Below, one piece after another: positions 16,670 to 26,641 of a DNA stretch of 40,957 nt. The number at the start of each line of letters is the position of its first letter. Positions within the stretch are counted from its first letter, which is position 1. The position numbers were made by a program, and so were the translations under genes. The notes below the pieces were generated by a model. The model had not been told where the DNA came from. It saw nothing but the letters and a program-made list of their open reading frames with translations, and made no database searches. The stretch spans positions 1 through 40,957 of IMG/VR virus record IMGVR_UViG_3300048598_000529. The stretch is one strand, 5' to 3'. This DNA comes from a virus (taxonomy: Duplodnaviria; Caudoviricetes).

Positions 16670-16882
16670 TCACTTCGCGGCGGCGAGCTTGGCGTATTCG
16701 CTGTTGAGGGCATCCGCCGCGGCGACAGCGCCCGCAACGTCTGTTGACTTCTTCAGGGCGACAGAAGCTTCGGCGACAGACTTGACGAAGCCTTGGAACT
16801 TCTGGCCCTCGCAGTGGGGATTCAGTTCCTTCATCTCGCCCGAGATGATGGCGCGGACGATAAGCTCTTTGACGTCTTTCAT
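16670..16882 (-). CDS. hypothetical protein
   Basis: MKDVKELIVRA...KLAAAK; GAGG RBS. Confidence 0.55.
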   Translation of the reverse strand: MKDVKELIVRAIISGEMKELNPHCEGQKFQGFVKSVAEASVALKKSTDVAGAVAAADALNSEYAKLAAAK

Positions 16883-16893
16883 GGTCGATTGCC

Positions 16894-17283
16894 TCACTCG
16901 GTTAGCGGCGCAGTCCCGATGGACTTCGTGTGAATGTGATAGGTCTTCTGATACGAGTCGGACCATCGCCAGCAGTCCAATCCGGGGACGGCGGCGACTT
17001 CGTACACCTTCCCGTCCGACGCATCGCCGATGATGATGCGATCGCCGCGAGTCGGCTTGGTCGCAACACCATCGATTTCCAGATCCGCTGCGTCGATAAG
17101 CCATGCCTGATCGCAGGTCCGGACTTCAAGCCCGGATGACTCGTCAATCGTCGTGTCGATGCGAGCGAATCGCGCGACAACGCTGATCGAAGATTCGCCA
17201 CGTTGGTATGTGACGGTTCTGCCGTGCGAAGACTTCATCTTCTTCGCAAGCCAGTTTCGGTTTTTCTCGCCAAGGTTGAGCAT
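16894..17283 (-). CDS. head-tail joining (head closure) protein
   Basis: GRTVTYQRG...WLIDAADL...PTRGDRI...YEV...WRWSD...IHTK. Confidence 0.75.
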   Translation of the reverse strand: MLNLGEKNRNWLAKKMKSSHGRTVTYQRGESSISVVARFARIDTTIDESSGLEVRTCDQAWLIDAADLEIDGVATKPTRGDRIIIGDASDGKVYEVAAVPGLDCWRWSDSYQKTYHIHTKSIGTAPLTE

Positions 17284-17285
17284 TG

Positions 17286-17561
17286 CTACCAGAGGGCGAC
17301 GATGTTTGTGACATCGGTTCCGGTGGCCCACACGATCTTGCATCGCAGGGGAAGTAATCCGACCGACACGCCAGCAAGCGTAATCACGTCGCCGCTGACA
17401 AGTGTCACTTTGAGATTCCCCGACCCAGACCCGCCAATCCACAGCGCGCGAGAATAAGTCGAAAGCTCGTTGGTGTTATGGGTTGTCACAGCAGCGCCGC
17501 CCTGAATTGGGCCGGACACTGACTGGTAGTGATCGGAAGATAAATGATTTTCGCTGCCCAT
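17286..17561 (-). CDS. small virion accessory protein
   Basis: SRALWIGG.GNLKV...G.LPLR...VWATGT..TNIVALW recurrent phage pattern; AGGAG RBS. Confidence 0.65.
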   Translation of the reverse strand: MGSENHLSSDHYQSVSGPIQGGAAVTTHNTNELSTYSRALWIGGSGSGNLKVTLVSGDVITLAGVSVGLLPLRCKIVWATGTDVTNIVALW

Positions 17562-17563
17562 GA

Positions 17564-18091
17564 TCAAACTCCTGTTCCCACTGAAATTCCAGCCCGGTAC
17601 TGTGCTCCCCCAACCAAAACAACCTCGACATACGCAGCCCGAATCGTGATGTAAGTTCCAACCGCACACTGCCCAAATAGTTCAAGGCTCGTGGGGGCAA
17701 CACTGGTTGCTGTCACAGACGAAGACACCCATCCGCCGAGCGTCTGCTCCCCACCAGATGCGTAAACCTCTTCATCGTCGATGATTTGTTCTGCGCCAGC
17801 GCCATTCACGAACACATGCAGAGAAGTGCCTCCTACCGCTGCTTCTCCATCGAGATAGGCGAAAACCCTGACACTCTGGATTTGTGCCCCACCCGGAATG
17901 GAGGGAAGCCCAACCACCGCGCCGCCGCTCTTCCCAGACGGCAACTGGATAGCCGGTCCAGAGGCGACGGCGTCTGGATACCGGACAATCTCATTGATAG
18001 CGCCGTAGTACGTTGACGCCCCGCCAGCAAGCGTCCATGAGTCGGCTCCAACGCTGATGTCCGATGACGGCCTGAGTTGATTGAATCCCAT
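17564..18091 (-). CDS. hypothetical virion protein (beta-rich)
   Basis: 175 aa within the head-neck operon. Confidence 0.65.
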   Translation of the reverse strand: MGFNQLRPSSDISVGADSWTLAGGASTYYGAINEIVRYPDAVASGPAIQLPSGKSGGAVVGLPSIPGGAQIQSVRVFAYLDGEAAVGGTSLHVFVNGAGAEQIIDDEEVYASGGEQTLGGWVSSSVTATSVAPTSLELFGQCAVGTYITIRAAYVEVVLVGGAQYRAGISVGTGV

Positions 18092-18148
18092 AATGGTAAG
18101 CCCCGCCCCGCCTTTCGACGGGGTAGGGGTGGCAAAAGGAAGCGCGAA

Positions 18149-18865
18149 TCAGACGGTGCTGAGCGAGTGTCCATCAACCGAGGAGATGCGCCAACGCTTG
18201 TTGGACCCTTCCTCGACCGCAACCATGCGGATTGCATCGCCAGTGTCGGCGAGCGTGATGGTGTTGTTTCCCGCCTCATTCAGCGTCGTTGAGCAGGTGA
18301 TGACACAATCCCCGCCGTCCGTCTTCATGTAGATCAGGAGTTCCTGACCAATGAAGCTCGGGGCCGCAAGCGTCCTGGTCTCGGCGCCAGCGGTGACGAT
18401 GGGAACATAGCCAGACTTCGTCACCGGGATGGCTCCCGACGCGCCTGGATCGGTGATCGCGGTGGTGAGAGATCCGGCAACCGTAACGGTCGACGGGAGG
18501 TTTACGACCAACGTGCGCACCAGCCCATCGGTCGCGCCTGCGGTCTCGATGCAGTAGCCGACAAATGTGTTTCCAGAACTGGTTGATGTCAGGCAACCAG
18601 TTCCAGCGGTTCCGCCGTAAGGATCGCCGTTGTCGTCCCAGTAAACGGCGGTGAACGCCGAAGACAGGTTTGAACTGTCTTTGACGATGTCAAAGACGCC
18701 GTCGATGTACGGAGCGGCAAGGGCAGATGCGTCGACCGCATGAGTGAAGATCAGGACTTTGCCGTTGTCGACAAACACGTCGCCCGCAGACTTTGCAGCC
18801 GCCGGGGTGTAGTCGATGGTGTTGCCACCTTGTTTGTGAATGGCTTGCATATTTTCAGAACTCAC
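18149..18865 (-). CDS. DUF2190-like capsid cement/decoration protein with C-terminal extension
   Basis: Q.GNTIDYTPAAAKSAGDV...GVFDIVK...VYWD; follows the major capsid gene. Confidence 0.75.
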   Translation of the reverse strand: MSSENMQAIHKQGGNTIDYTPAAAKSAGDVFVDNGKVLIFTHAVDASALAAPYIDGVFDIVKDSSNLSSAFTAVYWDDNGDPYGGTAGTGCLTSTSSGNTFVGYCIETAGATDGLVRTLVVNLPSTVTVAGSLTTAITDPGASGAIPVTKSGYVPIVTAGAETRTLAAPSFIGQELLIYMKTDGGDCVITCSTTLNEAGNNTITLADTGDAIRMVAVEEGSNKRWRISSVDGHSLSTV

Positions 18866-18873
18866 TTTCTTTC

Positions 18874-18905
18874 AGAGAAGCCCGGCCAGCCGAAACCAGC
18901 CGGGC
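18874..18905 (-). terminator. stem-loop after the major capsid gene
   Basis: GCCCGGCTGGT-TTCG-GCTGGCCGGGC followed by TTCTCT. Confidence 0.55.
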
Positions 18906-18942
18906 GATGTTTCACTTCGTTCGCGAAGATAGGGGTTGAGGG

Positions 18943-21093
18943 TTACGAACCGGCGCTACGCACCCCACCGCGATAGTCGTGCTGTGCACAACCGAAATCG
19001 AAGTAGGCACGCATCTGAATGCCGAGTGAATCGAAGTTGGCGTCGGCGGTTTCCACGGTGGGAACCTGCACGCCATTCAGGAACACGGTGTGCATCGTGG
19101 CGATGTCCATCGGGTTCGCGAGCAGATACCAAGCCGCGGTGCTGTAACCGGTGTAGCTCGAATTTGAGAGATACCGGCTAACAACGGGCTTGTACCTGCC
19201 CATGAAGGTGTTCTTGTTCGGAACCTTCGATGTGGTGGCCGATCCACCGGTGTTCACGGTCGTCGACTGATACAGCTCGTCGGCGGTGACACGCAATTCC
19301 GGAGGCACCAGCAGGAGTGTTGGCTCCGCGCCAAGGGGCTTTCCGTCCTGATCGGTTTGACGATCGAAGACGGTAACGGCCGCGGTCAACCCCGCAGATC
19401 CGAGAGCCGAGCCCGCGCCCGTGGAGACGTTGCTGTTGCCCGACGCAAAGAAGCTGGAGTTGTTGATAAACGCCGTCCAGAAGACGTCGTTGAACTTCAA
19501 CCCGGCTCGGCGACCCAGAGAACGCGGTACACTTGACAGGGCTCCGAGATCATCGTTGATGATGTCCTTGCGGCTGATGCCAATGATCATGCCGTAGGTG
19601 TCGGCCTGGTTGGTGTAGCTCTGCTCTTCGAGCTTCCCATGCTTCAACTCTCCAGTTGGGGCCACCTTCTCAAAGTCGCCGTTGGTATTCAGGCGATACA
19701 TGGTGATGGTCTTGAAATCGCTGACGGGGGAAACCGCAGAAATCTCGCGCCAGGACTGTTCCACGAAACCGTAAGCCTCAAGCAAAACCTTGTTCGCGAC
19801 ATTTGAGAGAATGCCCGCGATGTTCTGGTTGCTGAAGGCGGCGCGAAGGACGCCCTGCAGTTTACTGGTGTCCCGGAACTCCCACGGATTCACCGTGACG
19901 CCGGACATCGCGGCCGCGGTTGCGAGCAACTGCTGCAGGCCGATACCGCGGCGGAACTGGCGATCGGATGCTTCCAACACCTGTGGAGTGAACGACTTCT
20001 CCACAATCGCAGAGGACAATCCGGCCGAACGGCAAACAGCGGCGGTCAGAACCGATTCATTGTTATCCGTTCCGCGGATAATTCCTGCGGGAGCTTGAGG
20101 AAGATCAGCGAGCTTGCACTCATACTGAGCCTTCAAGACATCCCACTTCTCGGCGATCGCCTTGGCCTTGAGTTCGGGATGCTTGACCCCGAAGACTTCG
20201 CCGATCTTGGCGATGCGGTCCATCTCGGCCACCTGGGCCTGCAGTCGCACAACATCGTCGCTCGCCCCAACTGCGGTTGTCGCCACAGTCGAAACAGGGG
20301 TGGTTGTGCCACCGGCTGCGAGCGTCCCGGCGTCTCCGGGCTTCTTCTCCGCAGTCGTACCATTGCCGGTCCCGGCATCTGTGGCTTTCGCCTGCAGTGC
20401 CATCTCGGCGTCATACTTCGCCTTCAAGCTGGTCTTCTGGGCCTCAGAAAGATCAGCCAGCGCGAAGCCCATTGCCTTGAGCCATTGCTCAAAGTTCATA
20501 AGAACTCCTTGCTGCTGTGATGCAGCGATGCGGGCCGATGTTTGCTCATCCGCGCCCAGTGATAGGAAAGAAATCTCCTTAAGCCGTCCGGCGCGAACCG
20601 CGACGAATGGCCCGGAGAAAGCACGTCCATTGATTGTGGCAGCAGCGCCAGCAGCGACGTATTCACGCCTACCGATTGCCGCGCCCATCGAAATCTGCCA
20701 CGGAAACCCGTTCTTTGCGTTGCCGATGACTTCCGCGGCGTCAGCGCCGGTCCCAGAGATGACACCCGCCGCCATGATCTTCCCATCCACCATCTTCGCA
20801 GTGGCGTGGCCGACAACTCGACCGGGGTCATGGTCTCGCAAGACGGGAATTGGTCCGTCGGGAATCTGCATTCCCGCAAGATCCACCACCACAGTTAGCG
20901 GACCGCCATCAACAGCAGGCGTCATTACGCCGCCGTTGTAGACGTTGGCTTCGAAGGAAGGTGGCTTCTTCGCATCGCCTTCGGCTGCGGCAAGAGTGAC
21001 GGGCTGCGTGAAATAGACGGTGTCGCCCAACCTGCTGGCGTCATTCGCCTGCAGTGTCGCCCGGCGCATCTTGCGGTTCATCTTCGTTTTCAT
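18943..21093 (-). CDS. prohead protease - scaffold - major capsid fusion (Mu gpT-like capsid domain)
   Basis: N-terminal PVLRDHD..VVGH, GFPWQISMGA, LKEISFLSLGAD; C-terminal LSNVANKVLLEAY, VSDFK, TYG...ISRKDIINDDLGAL, AWYLLA, FLNG...P, DFG...DYRG. Confidence 0.9.
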   Translation of the reverse strand: MKTKMNRKMRRATLQANDASRLGDTVYFTQPVTLAAAEGDAKKPPSFEANVYNGGVMTPAVDGGPLTVVVDLAGMQIPDGPIPVLRDHDPGRVVGHATAKMVDGKIMAAGVISGTGADAAEVIGNAKNGFPWQISMGAAIGRREYVAAGAAATINGRAFSGPFVAVRAGRLKEISFLSLGADEQTSARIAASQQQGVLMNFEQWLKAMGFALADLSEAQKTSLKAKYDAEMALQAKATDAGTGNGTTAEKKPGDAGTLAAGGTTTPVSTVATTAVGASDDVVRLQAQVAEMDRIAKIGEVFGVKHPELKAKAIAEKWDVLKAQYECKLADLPQAPAGIIRGTDNNESVLTAAVCRSAGLSSAIVEKSFTPQVLEASDRQFRRGIGLQQLLATAAAMSGVTVNPWEFRDTSKLQGVLRAAFSNQNIAGILSNVANKVLLEAYGFVEQSWREISAVSPVSDFKTITMYRLNTNGDFEKVAPTGELKHGKLEEQSYTNQADTYGMIIGISRKDIINDDLGALSSVPRSLGRRAGLKFNDVFWTAFINNSSFFASGNSNVSTGAGSALGSAGLTAAVTVFDRQTDQDGKPLGAEPTLLLVPPELRVTADELYQSTTVNTGGSATTSKVPNKNTFMGRYKPVVSRYLSNSSYTGYSTAAWYLLANPMDIATMHTVFLNGVQVPTVETADANFDSLGIQMRAYFDFGCAQHDYRGGVRSAGS

Positions 21094-21310
21094 TGGTTGT
21101 TCCTTGAGTGGGTGATGCTTGGGTCCCCGGCTGTGTCAGCGTGATCGGTCTCCGCGTGCCCTTGTCGTTTCTCCACGCCGCCTTGGCATCCGGGGACATC
21201 GGCGGCAGTGCGAGTCGCTTACGAAACTCCTCTTCATCCTCGGCCTGCGGAGTGATGACGCCGGCACGAACGGCAACGCCATATGCATCAGCCGCTGCTT
21301 TCGCGTCCAT
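21041..21310 (-). CDS. small protein between portal and capsid genes
   Basis: MDAKAAADAYGVAVRAGVITPQAEDEEEFRKRLALPPMS; preceded by a G9 run; overlaps both neighbours. Confidence 0.6.
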   Translation of the reverse strand: MDAKAAADAYGVAVRAGVITPQAEDEEEFRKRLALPPMSPDAKAAWRNDKGTRRPITLTQPGTQASPTQGTTNENEDEPQDAPGDTAGE

Positions 21311-22856
21311 CGCCCCCCCCCTGCGACTCTTCATCCATGTCTTCGGGATCCAACTCGGGGTCTGGCCGAACGGGCGCGGCCTGTGCCGCCATGTACTGCT
21401 TCTCAAACTTCTTCTTCCGCAGTTCCTCGACCGGGATACGGTAGAATTTCGCCTCCTGGATCAGGATCGTTTCGGCGTCCCTGCCCTTCTTTGCGTGGAT
21501 TAGGGGGAGTGTTGTAGCGCCGGTCGCCAGTGAGGTCTGTTCTGCTGACGCAACCTTGTCTGGGTCGGCGTGATTGACGAACTCATCCCAGAACCATGTA
21601 TGCCGAGTCGTGGGGAATCGACCCCGATAATCAGCCAACTCGGGGATGTCGGCACGTTCGAGGTAATAGAGCCAGTCGCAGACGGTCCAGTCGCAAAACC
21701 GCTCCAGGACCTTCCGCTCCACCTCAATCGCCTTGATGTAGGGTTGACGCCCGAGATACGCGGCGCTCATGTTCGCCTTGCCCGCGTCCATAGCGATGAT
21801 CTCAAACGGCACATTCATCGCGCGGCCAATCTGGCGGACAAGTCCATCGGCGACTTCGTTGTATTTCTGGTGGGGTTGCTCGGGCTTCGTCTGGGCGAGT
21901 GTGTAGCCATCCGGCAACACAGTTGTCATGCCGCGCTGTAACTCAAAAGTGTCCATCGGCGACGCGCCGGAGCTTGTGCCGCCGTCGCCTTGAGTACCGC
22001 CCGATCCTGCACCGGTGTCGTTTTCGTCAAAACTGGCGGTTGTCTGAATCGCCATCGCATAGTCTGCAGCCGTCCGCATCGCCTGGACAACCGACAGATC
22101 AAGGTTGCGTAGGTGCGCGAACAACGGAAGAGATGCCGTGCATTCTGGAACGCCGCGCCGCTGTCCCGGTCGATCTGCGCGATAGTAGTGCCACACTTTG
22201 TCTGCCGAGATAGTGTCGTAATCCGTTGGCAGCATGAATGGATTCAACACGTCGCCGGGGTGCGCCTTGTAGACGTCGTAGGTGACGGGGTTCCCCGCCT
22301 CGTCGTATCTGACCCCGTCGTAATAGTATGGGTCCGCGGCTGATGCCATGGGACCGCCGATCTGATCGGGCTCATAGACGAAGACGTCCATGGGGACGGG
22401 ATGCCTCACGCCCCGATTGCGGGATTTCACCGCGAACGCCTCACCAGAGATAACGCGCCCAACACGCATAACGCGCAGCTTTGAATCAAAGTCAACCGCG
22501 TTGCACCACTCCACCCACAGCCGCTCGACGATTTCGTTGAATGCGGTGTCATCGCTCAGCATCTGCAACCGCGGCCCGCTCCCGATCGTGTCATTCGCCA
22601 GCGTGTTTGCCGTGCCGTACAGATAGCAGTTGTTGGCATACTCATACCGAGCGCGGTTGCGGATCGTTCGGCGCACCTGGGGATTCGCCGATGCATCGGC
22701 ACTCATCGCGTCGGCGTTGCTCCAGTGGCGACGGTTGTCTTCCGTCGTTTGTGCGGCATCGTAACGCGCTCGCATTCCGGCGGACGGTGGCGCAGAGCGA
22801 GCCGGTGTCGCCTGCATTCGGCGACTGGGCCAGAGAGGTATTCCGAATAGCTTCAT
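21288..22856 (-). CDS. lambda-family portal protein
   Basis: YDAA, RNRAR...NN, IGSG, SGEAF, DGVRYD..G.P..Y, RPGQRRGVP, DPDK motifs. Confidence 0.92.
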   Translation of the reverse strand: MKLFGIPLWPSRRMQATPARSAPPSAGMRARYDAAQTTEDNRRHWSNADAMSADASANPQVRRTIRNRARYEYANNCYLYGTANTLANDTIGSGPRLQMLSDDTAFNEIVERLWVEWCNAVDFDSKLRVMRVGRVISGEAFAVKSRNRGVRHPVPMDVFVYEPDQIGGPMASAADPYYYDGVRYDEAGNPVTYDVYKAHPGDVLNPFMLPTDYDTISADKVWHYYRADRPGQRRGVPECTASLPLFAHLRNLDLSVVQAMRTAADYAMAIQTTASFDENDTGAGSGGTQGDGGTSSGASPMDTFELQRGMTTVLPDGYTLAQTKPEQPHQKYNEVADGLVRQIGRAMNVPFEIIAMDAGKANMSAAYLGRQPYIKAIEVERKVLERFCDWTVCDWLYYLERADIPELADYRGRFPTTRHTWFWDEFVNHADPDKVASAEQTSLATGATTLPLIHAKKGRDAETILIQEAKFYRIPVEELRKKKFEKQYMAAQAAPVRPDPELDPEDMDEESQGGGDGRESSG

Positions 22857-22863
22857 GGTTTTC

Positions 22864-23064
22864 TCAAACCGATCCGGGCATCACGTTCTTGACGTGCTTG
22901 ATCGGGAGTGCCGTGCGGGTTGCTGCGCGCTGCTGTCGGATGTACTTATCCGCCGCGATCTGATCTTGCAGTGGGTGCTGCTCAAAGCTCCCGTTGTCAT
23001 CGCTCGCGCGGCGCGGGCCTGTCGCGTTGCTCTCGATCGCTGACTCAATGGTTTCATCTGCCAT
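22864..23064 (-). CDS. gpW-position head completion protein
   Basis: 66 aa between terminase and portal; GPRRASDD.GS.EQH.L.DQIAADKY. Confidence 0.7.
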   Translation of the reverse strand: MADETIESAIESNATGPRRASDDNGSFEQHPLQDQIAADKYIRQQRAATRTALPIKHVKNVMPGSV

Positions 23065-25162
23065 ACTGCTGCGCTCGTTTCTGCTTCTGGAGATCGCTCA
23101 ACTTGATGCGCTGTCTGACGACTGGCTTGGCCGTGTGCTCCGACAAAGCTGCTCCCTGCATTGATGCTGCGACGTGACATCCAACCATGCAGTCCAGCCA
23201 GTGCTGATCCGGCTTGTTCGCCTTCAACTGCCATTCGACCGCCGTCCGTCCCTGCGTCGAAACCTCATGCGGGGTTTCTGCGGTGAGGTGGTCCGCCAGC
23301 ATCCGATGAGCTTCGGGGTTGTTGCCGAACAGCGTCAGTCGCCCGCGCCCGCCCGAAGGAGTCTGCAGCCGCTTCTGGATAAAGCTCTTCCAGTAGTTTG
23401 AGTCGAAGTAGACGTACCGGACGGACTTGCGACCCTGTACCGCGGGGATGCACCAGTGCAGCCCACGGCGGTCTCCCTTGTTCTGTTTCGCCATGCCCCA
23501 CGGACGTTTCGCCCCATAGAACCGACCATGCGAAGGCATCATCACGGCGGCGTATGCTGATTCTCTCGCCCACTGGTAAATCACGTCGCTAGATTCATCC
23601 CAGTTCGCGTCAATCAGTCCCCGCTCGATCCGCATTGCCGCGCCGTCATCCCGCATCCATTCGCGACTGCATAGGTCGTTCGCCAGGTTGGTCAGGCCAG
23701 CGTGTAGCGCGGCTTCCAGACTCGGAGCCTTCGTCACGCTTTGCAACGTTCTCCGCAAGTCTCGCAGTGTGAAGTATGGCCGGTTCTGATCGGGGTAGAC
23801 GCCATAGTCGATAACGTACCCGGTAAAGCCATCCTCAAACCCTGCGACCATCCACCATAGCGAATTCTTCTGGACGTCGATGAACGCAACTACACGGCTT
23901 ACAGATGTTGGTATTTCTCCGCGGTCGCGATTGTTGATGAGCTGGCAGATGTCTCGGGCAGAGACAACCTCAACAGCGTTCTCCGCTTTCGCTTCCAGCG
24001 GTTCGTTCTGGCATTCGCTCGCAAAGACTTCCGGCCCGCTATCGATCAGGATGTTGTATGCGTGCTGGATAGCGCTGATTTCTGTGTCTCGGTCGTAGCA
24101 CTCCGGCCACGACACGATACAGCCCTTGTCCATCGCATCCCGATTGAGTCGGTAGAACTTCGTCGCGTCCGCGTGAGCCCTCGCCTGGTCACCAACCGAT
24201 TCGCGGTCATAGGTGTTGCGAATCTTCGCGTACTCTCCGAGCCACAACGATTCGTGAGAGTCCGCGAACCGCTTCACCATCTTGATCCGCTCACCCTGCC
24301 ACGCGGGGTATCGTGCCGGATTCAAGAACTGGTCAACCAGATCATCCTTGTGAATCACCGTCGCGTTCATCACGCAGGCAATTCGGCGATCGTGCCCACC
24401 CAGCCGCAGGATATTCTTGTTGATCAGCGACGAACGCTTGTACACCTGGAGCGCCGTCGATGCGGATTCATCGGTCTGCGGATCGTCGATGATTACAAAA
24501 TCGGGTCGCTGCTGAGTCCCGTCCGGTCGTTTATGCTTCAATCCGCGGCTGCCCGCCGTGATGCCTCGCGAGGTGAGGATCGAACCGCCAGCAGCAGATC
24601 CGGGAATCGCGGGAAGAACGATCGTGTCCGCTCGCCACTCAATATGGGTGCGTTCGCCAAGGTACGTTTGCGATGCGCACCGCTGCGGCTTTCCTTCCAG
24701 CGCCCTGATCGCGTGGCACACTTCCGGGAAGTCGTCATAAAGCAGGTCGTTCTCGGCAAGCTCCATCTTGATGGAACTGATCATGCTTTCCGCCGAATCG
24801 GCTGCGGATCCGAACACGGGGACAAACTTGCGATGTCCGTAGATCGTCGCCCACACAGAAGCGTTCTCGGCGATCGTCGTCTTTGCGAACCCGCGATACA
24901 CCACGTTCAGGAACTGCCCACCATTCAAGCAGCATGATTGGATGCGGTCGATCACTCGCCGGTGGTCTTCACTGAATGGCCTGAGCCCCGTCGTCTGCGG
25001 AAAGTAGGTGATGAGGAATCGAAACAGGTCCAGTCTGCACGCCTCGCGCCGCTGCGGGTTGGCGATTGGCGGGATGTCGCCGATGTCTGCGATGGAGTCG
25101 CTGTGCTTCCGCTTCCATCGCCTTGCATACGTTCGCTGCTTTTCCTCGCGGTGCTTGCTCAC
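23054..25162 (-). CDS. terminase large subunit (GpA-like nuclease C-terminus)
   Basis: Walker A-like YRGFAKTT; Walker B VIIDDPQ; ECQNEP; FIDVQ; HLTAE; HWLDC. Confidence 0.9.
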   Translation of the reverse strand: MSKHREEKQRTYARRWKRKHSDSIADIGDIPPIANPQRREACRLDLFRFLITYFPQTTGLRPFSEDHRRVIDRIQSCCLNGGQFLNVVYRGFAKTTIAENASVWATIYGHRKFVPVFGSAADSAESMISSIKMELAENDLLYDDFPEVCHAIRALEGKPQRCASQTYLGERTHIEWRADTIVLPAIPGSAAGGSILTSRGITAGSRGLKHKRPDGTQQRPDFVIIDDPQTDESASTALQVYKRSSLINKNILRLGGHDRRIACVMNATVIHKDDLVDQFLNPARYPAWQGERIKMVKRFADSHESLWLGEYAKIRNTYDRESVGDQARAHADATKFYRLNRDAMDKGCIVSWPECYDRDTEISAIQHAYNILIDSGPEVFASECQNEPLEAKAENAVEVVSARDICQLINNRDRGEIPTSVSRVVAFIDVQKNSLWWMVAGFEDGFTGYVIDYGVYPDQNRPYFTLRDLRRTLQSVTKAPSLEAALHAGLTNLANDLCSREWMRDDGAAMRIERGLIDANWDESSDVIYQWARESAYAAVMMPSHGRFYGAKRPWGMAKQNKGDRRGLHWCIPAVQGRKSVRYVYFDSNYWKSFIQKRLQTPSGGRGRLTLFGNNPEAHRMLADHLTAETPHEVSTQGRTAVEWQLKANKPDQHWLDCMVGCHVAASMQGAALSEHTAKPVVRQRIKLSDLQKQKRAQQYGR

Positions 25163-25477
25163 CTGCTAAACCAATACTCGCAAATCGGTTGTTCCCACGA
25201 AGGGCGGTCGCCGTCAACACCCACGGAGAACCTATGAATTTGCTATAAATCCTTGTATATATTGCACTTGCGGCAATCCAAGTGATTTCGAAACCCGTGC
25301 ATGAGACTTGAATCTGACGCTTTCTCCGTGCCTGGCAGACAGAACGAATCGCGACAGCAATTCGATTCCCCCGTCCGCCAACGATCGCTTTGCCCGCAGG
25401 CAATCGCCTTTCTCTGCCTCCTGCTGTATGCAGCCTGCCGGGGGAATTTGACTTGCGCTGTTGAAGACATGGCAGGC

Positions 25478-26641
25478 TCACACGCTTCGTACCGCTGGCT
25501 CCACCGGGAACTTGCCCTTCACCAGCACTCGCTCAGCCCCCGCGGTCGTCACGTCCCACAGCCAATATCGGTGCTCCCCTGATCCAATCGCCGTGATGTC
25601 ATCCGAGTCCGTCTGCACCGTCACCACATTGCTGCTCCCGCCGCTGATCACCAATCCCGATTGATACTGAAACTCGCCTGTCAGCGTGTCGTCATACTTG
25701 CTGAACTCATCAGTGCCAGAATCCGCCGACGCGACAACGAATCGCACCGTCTTCGCGCTTAGGTCGATGGCATTGCCGCTGCTATCCACCACTGTCCACT
25801 GGAACGATGGACCCGAGCCCAGCGGGATTGCTGGCAGATCCTTGGTCGCGATGAATGGGCTTGTGACGGTTGCCTGCATGGTAGATGTGAGCGTCCTCGT
25901 TGCCGCGGCCCACACCGCCGACGCGCCGAGGTCCGTGGAATCAAACACCACGCCATTGCTGTCGAGCGCCTTCACCCGCAGCGAGGAATCGAGCACGGGT
26001 CTGCGGTCGCGCCAGATCACCCACACGCTGGTGTTGTCTGGTGTGACCTCGAAGGCGGTTTCAAAAGTGAGGATCAGAACGCCTACAGAGACAGACGAAT
26101 TGCTGATGACCCGATCCTGCCCCGCACCGGCTCCACTGATGATGCTGAACAACCGGCCCTTGAGTCCGCCGGTCACGCCGTGGGCACTGGGAACGCTTCC
26201 GCCCGCGGTGAAAGCGTACTGCGTTGATGTCGCGGAGTAGTAGCCGCTGGAGTGCGTGGCGCTGTCGAGAAGCACCGAGTTGGCAAAGCCGCCAGCGAGG
26301 CCAAAGCCCACGTCTGGTATCGCTGTCCCGGAAAAACCTCTGGTGACGCTCGTCGCGTCAAAGGGCACCACCTGATACCGATGCACACTCATCGCATAAC
26401 CGGATTTGTTGCAGGAAATGTCCAGCCCTCCAAGCGTGTCGGTGTTGCCTGTGGTGAGCGCGATTGCGTAACAGCCATTATGCACATGCGTTGCCGTCGC
26501 AGGAGAAGCCATCGCGGTTGTCGTACCGTTCTTGGTGACGCTGAAATCACCAATCACCGCAGTAGTGAACGCAGTCCCGCCAGAGTCGAGCACTGGCCCG
26601 ACGAGTCGCGTTGCGGCGGTTGATTGCCTGAGCAGTTGCAT
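25478..26641 (-). CDS. probable virion protein (Thr/Ser/Gly-rich)
   Basis: 387 aa; TAATG coupling; VW....RTLT motif; C-terminal IDLS..TVRF baseplate-like pattern. Confidence 0.7.
   Translation of the reverse strand: MQLLRQSTAATRLVGPVLDSGGTAFTTAVIGDFSVTKNGTTTAMASPATATHVHNGCYAIALTTGNTDTLGGLDISCNKSGYAMSVHRYQVVPFDATSVTRGFSGTAIPDVGFGLAGGFANSVLLDSATHSSGYYSATSTQYAFTAGGSVPSAHGVTGGLKGRLFSIISGAGAGQDRVISNSSVSVGVLILTFETAFEVTPDNTSVWVIWRDRRPVLDSSLRVKALDSNGVVFDSTDLGASAVWAAATRTLTSTMQATVTSPFIATKDLPAIPLGSGPSFQWTVVDSSGNAIDLSAKTVRFVVASADSGTDEFSKYDDTLTGEFQYQSGLVISGGSSNVVTVQTDSDDITAIGSGEHRYWLWDVTTAGAERVLVKGKFPVEPAVRSV

Noticed and set aside
25243-25470. 75-aa ORF as terminase small subunit
   Set aside because: No HTH or other recognisable features and a weak start context
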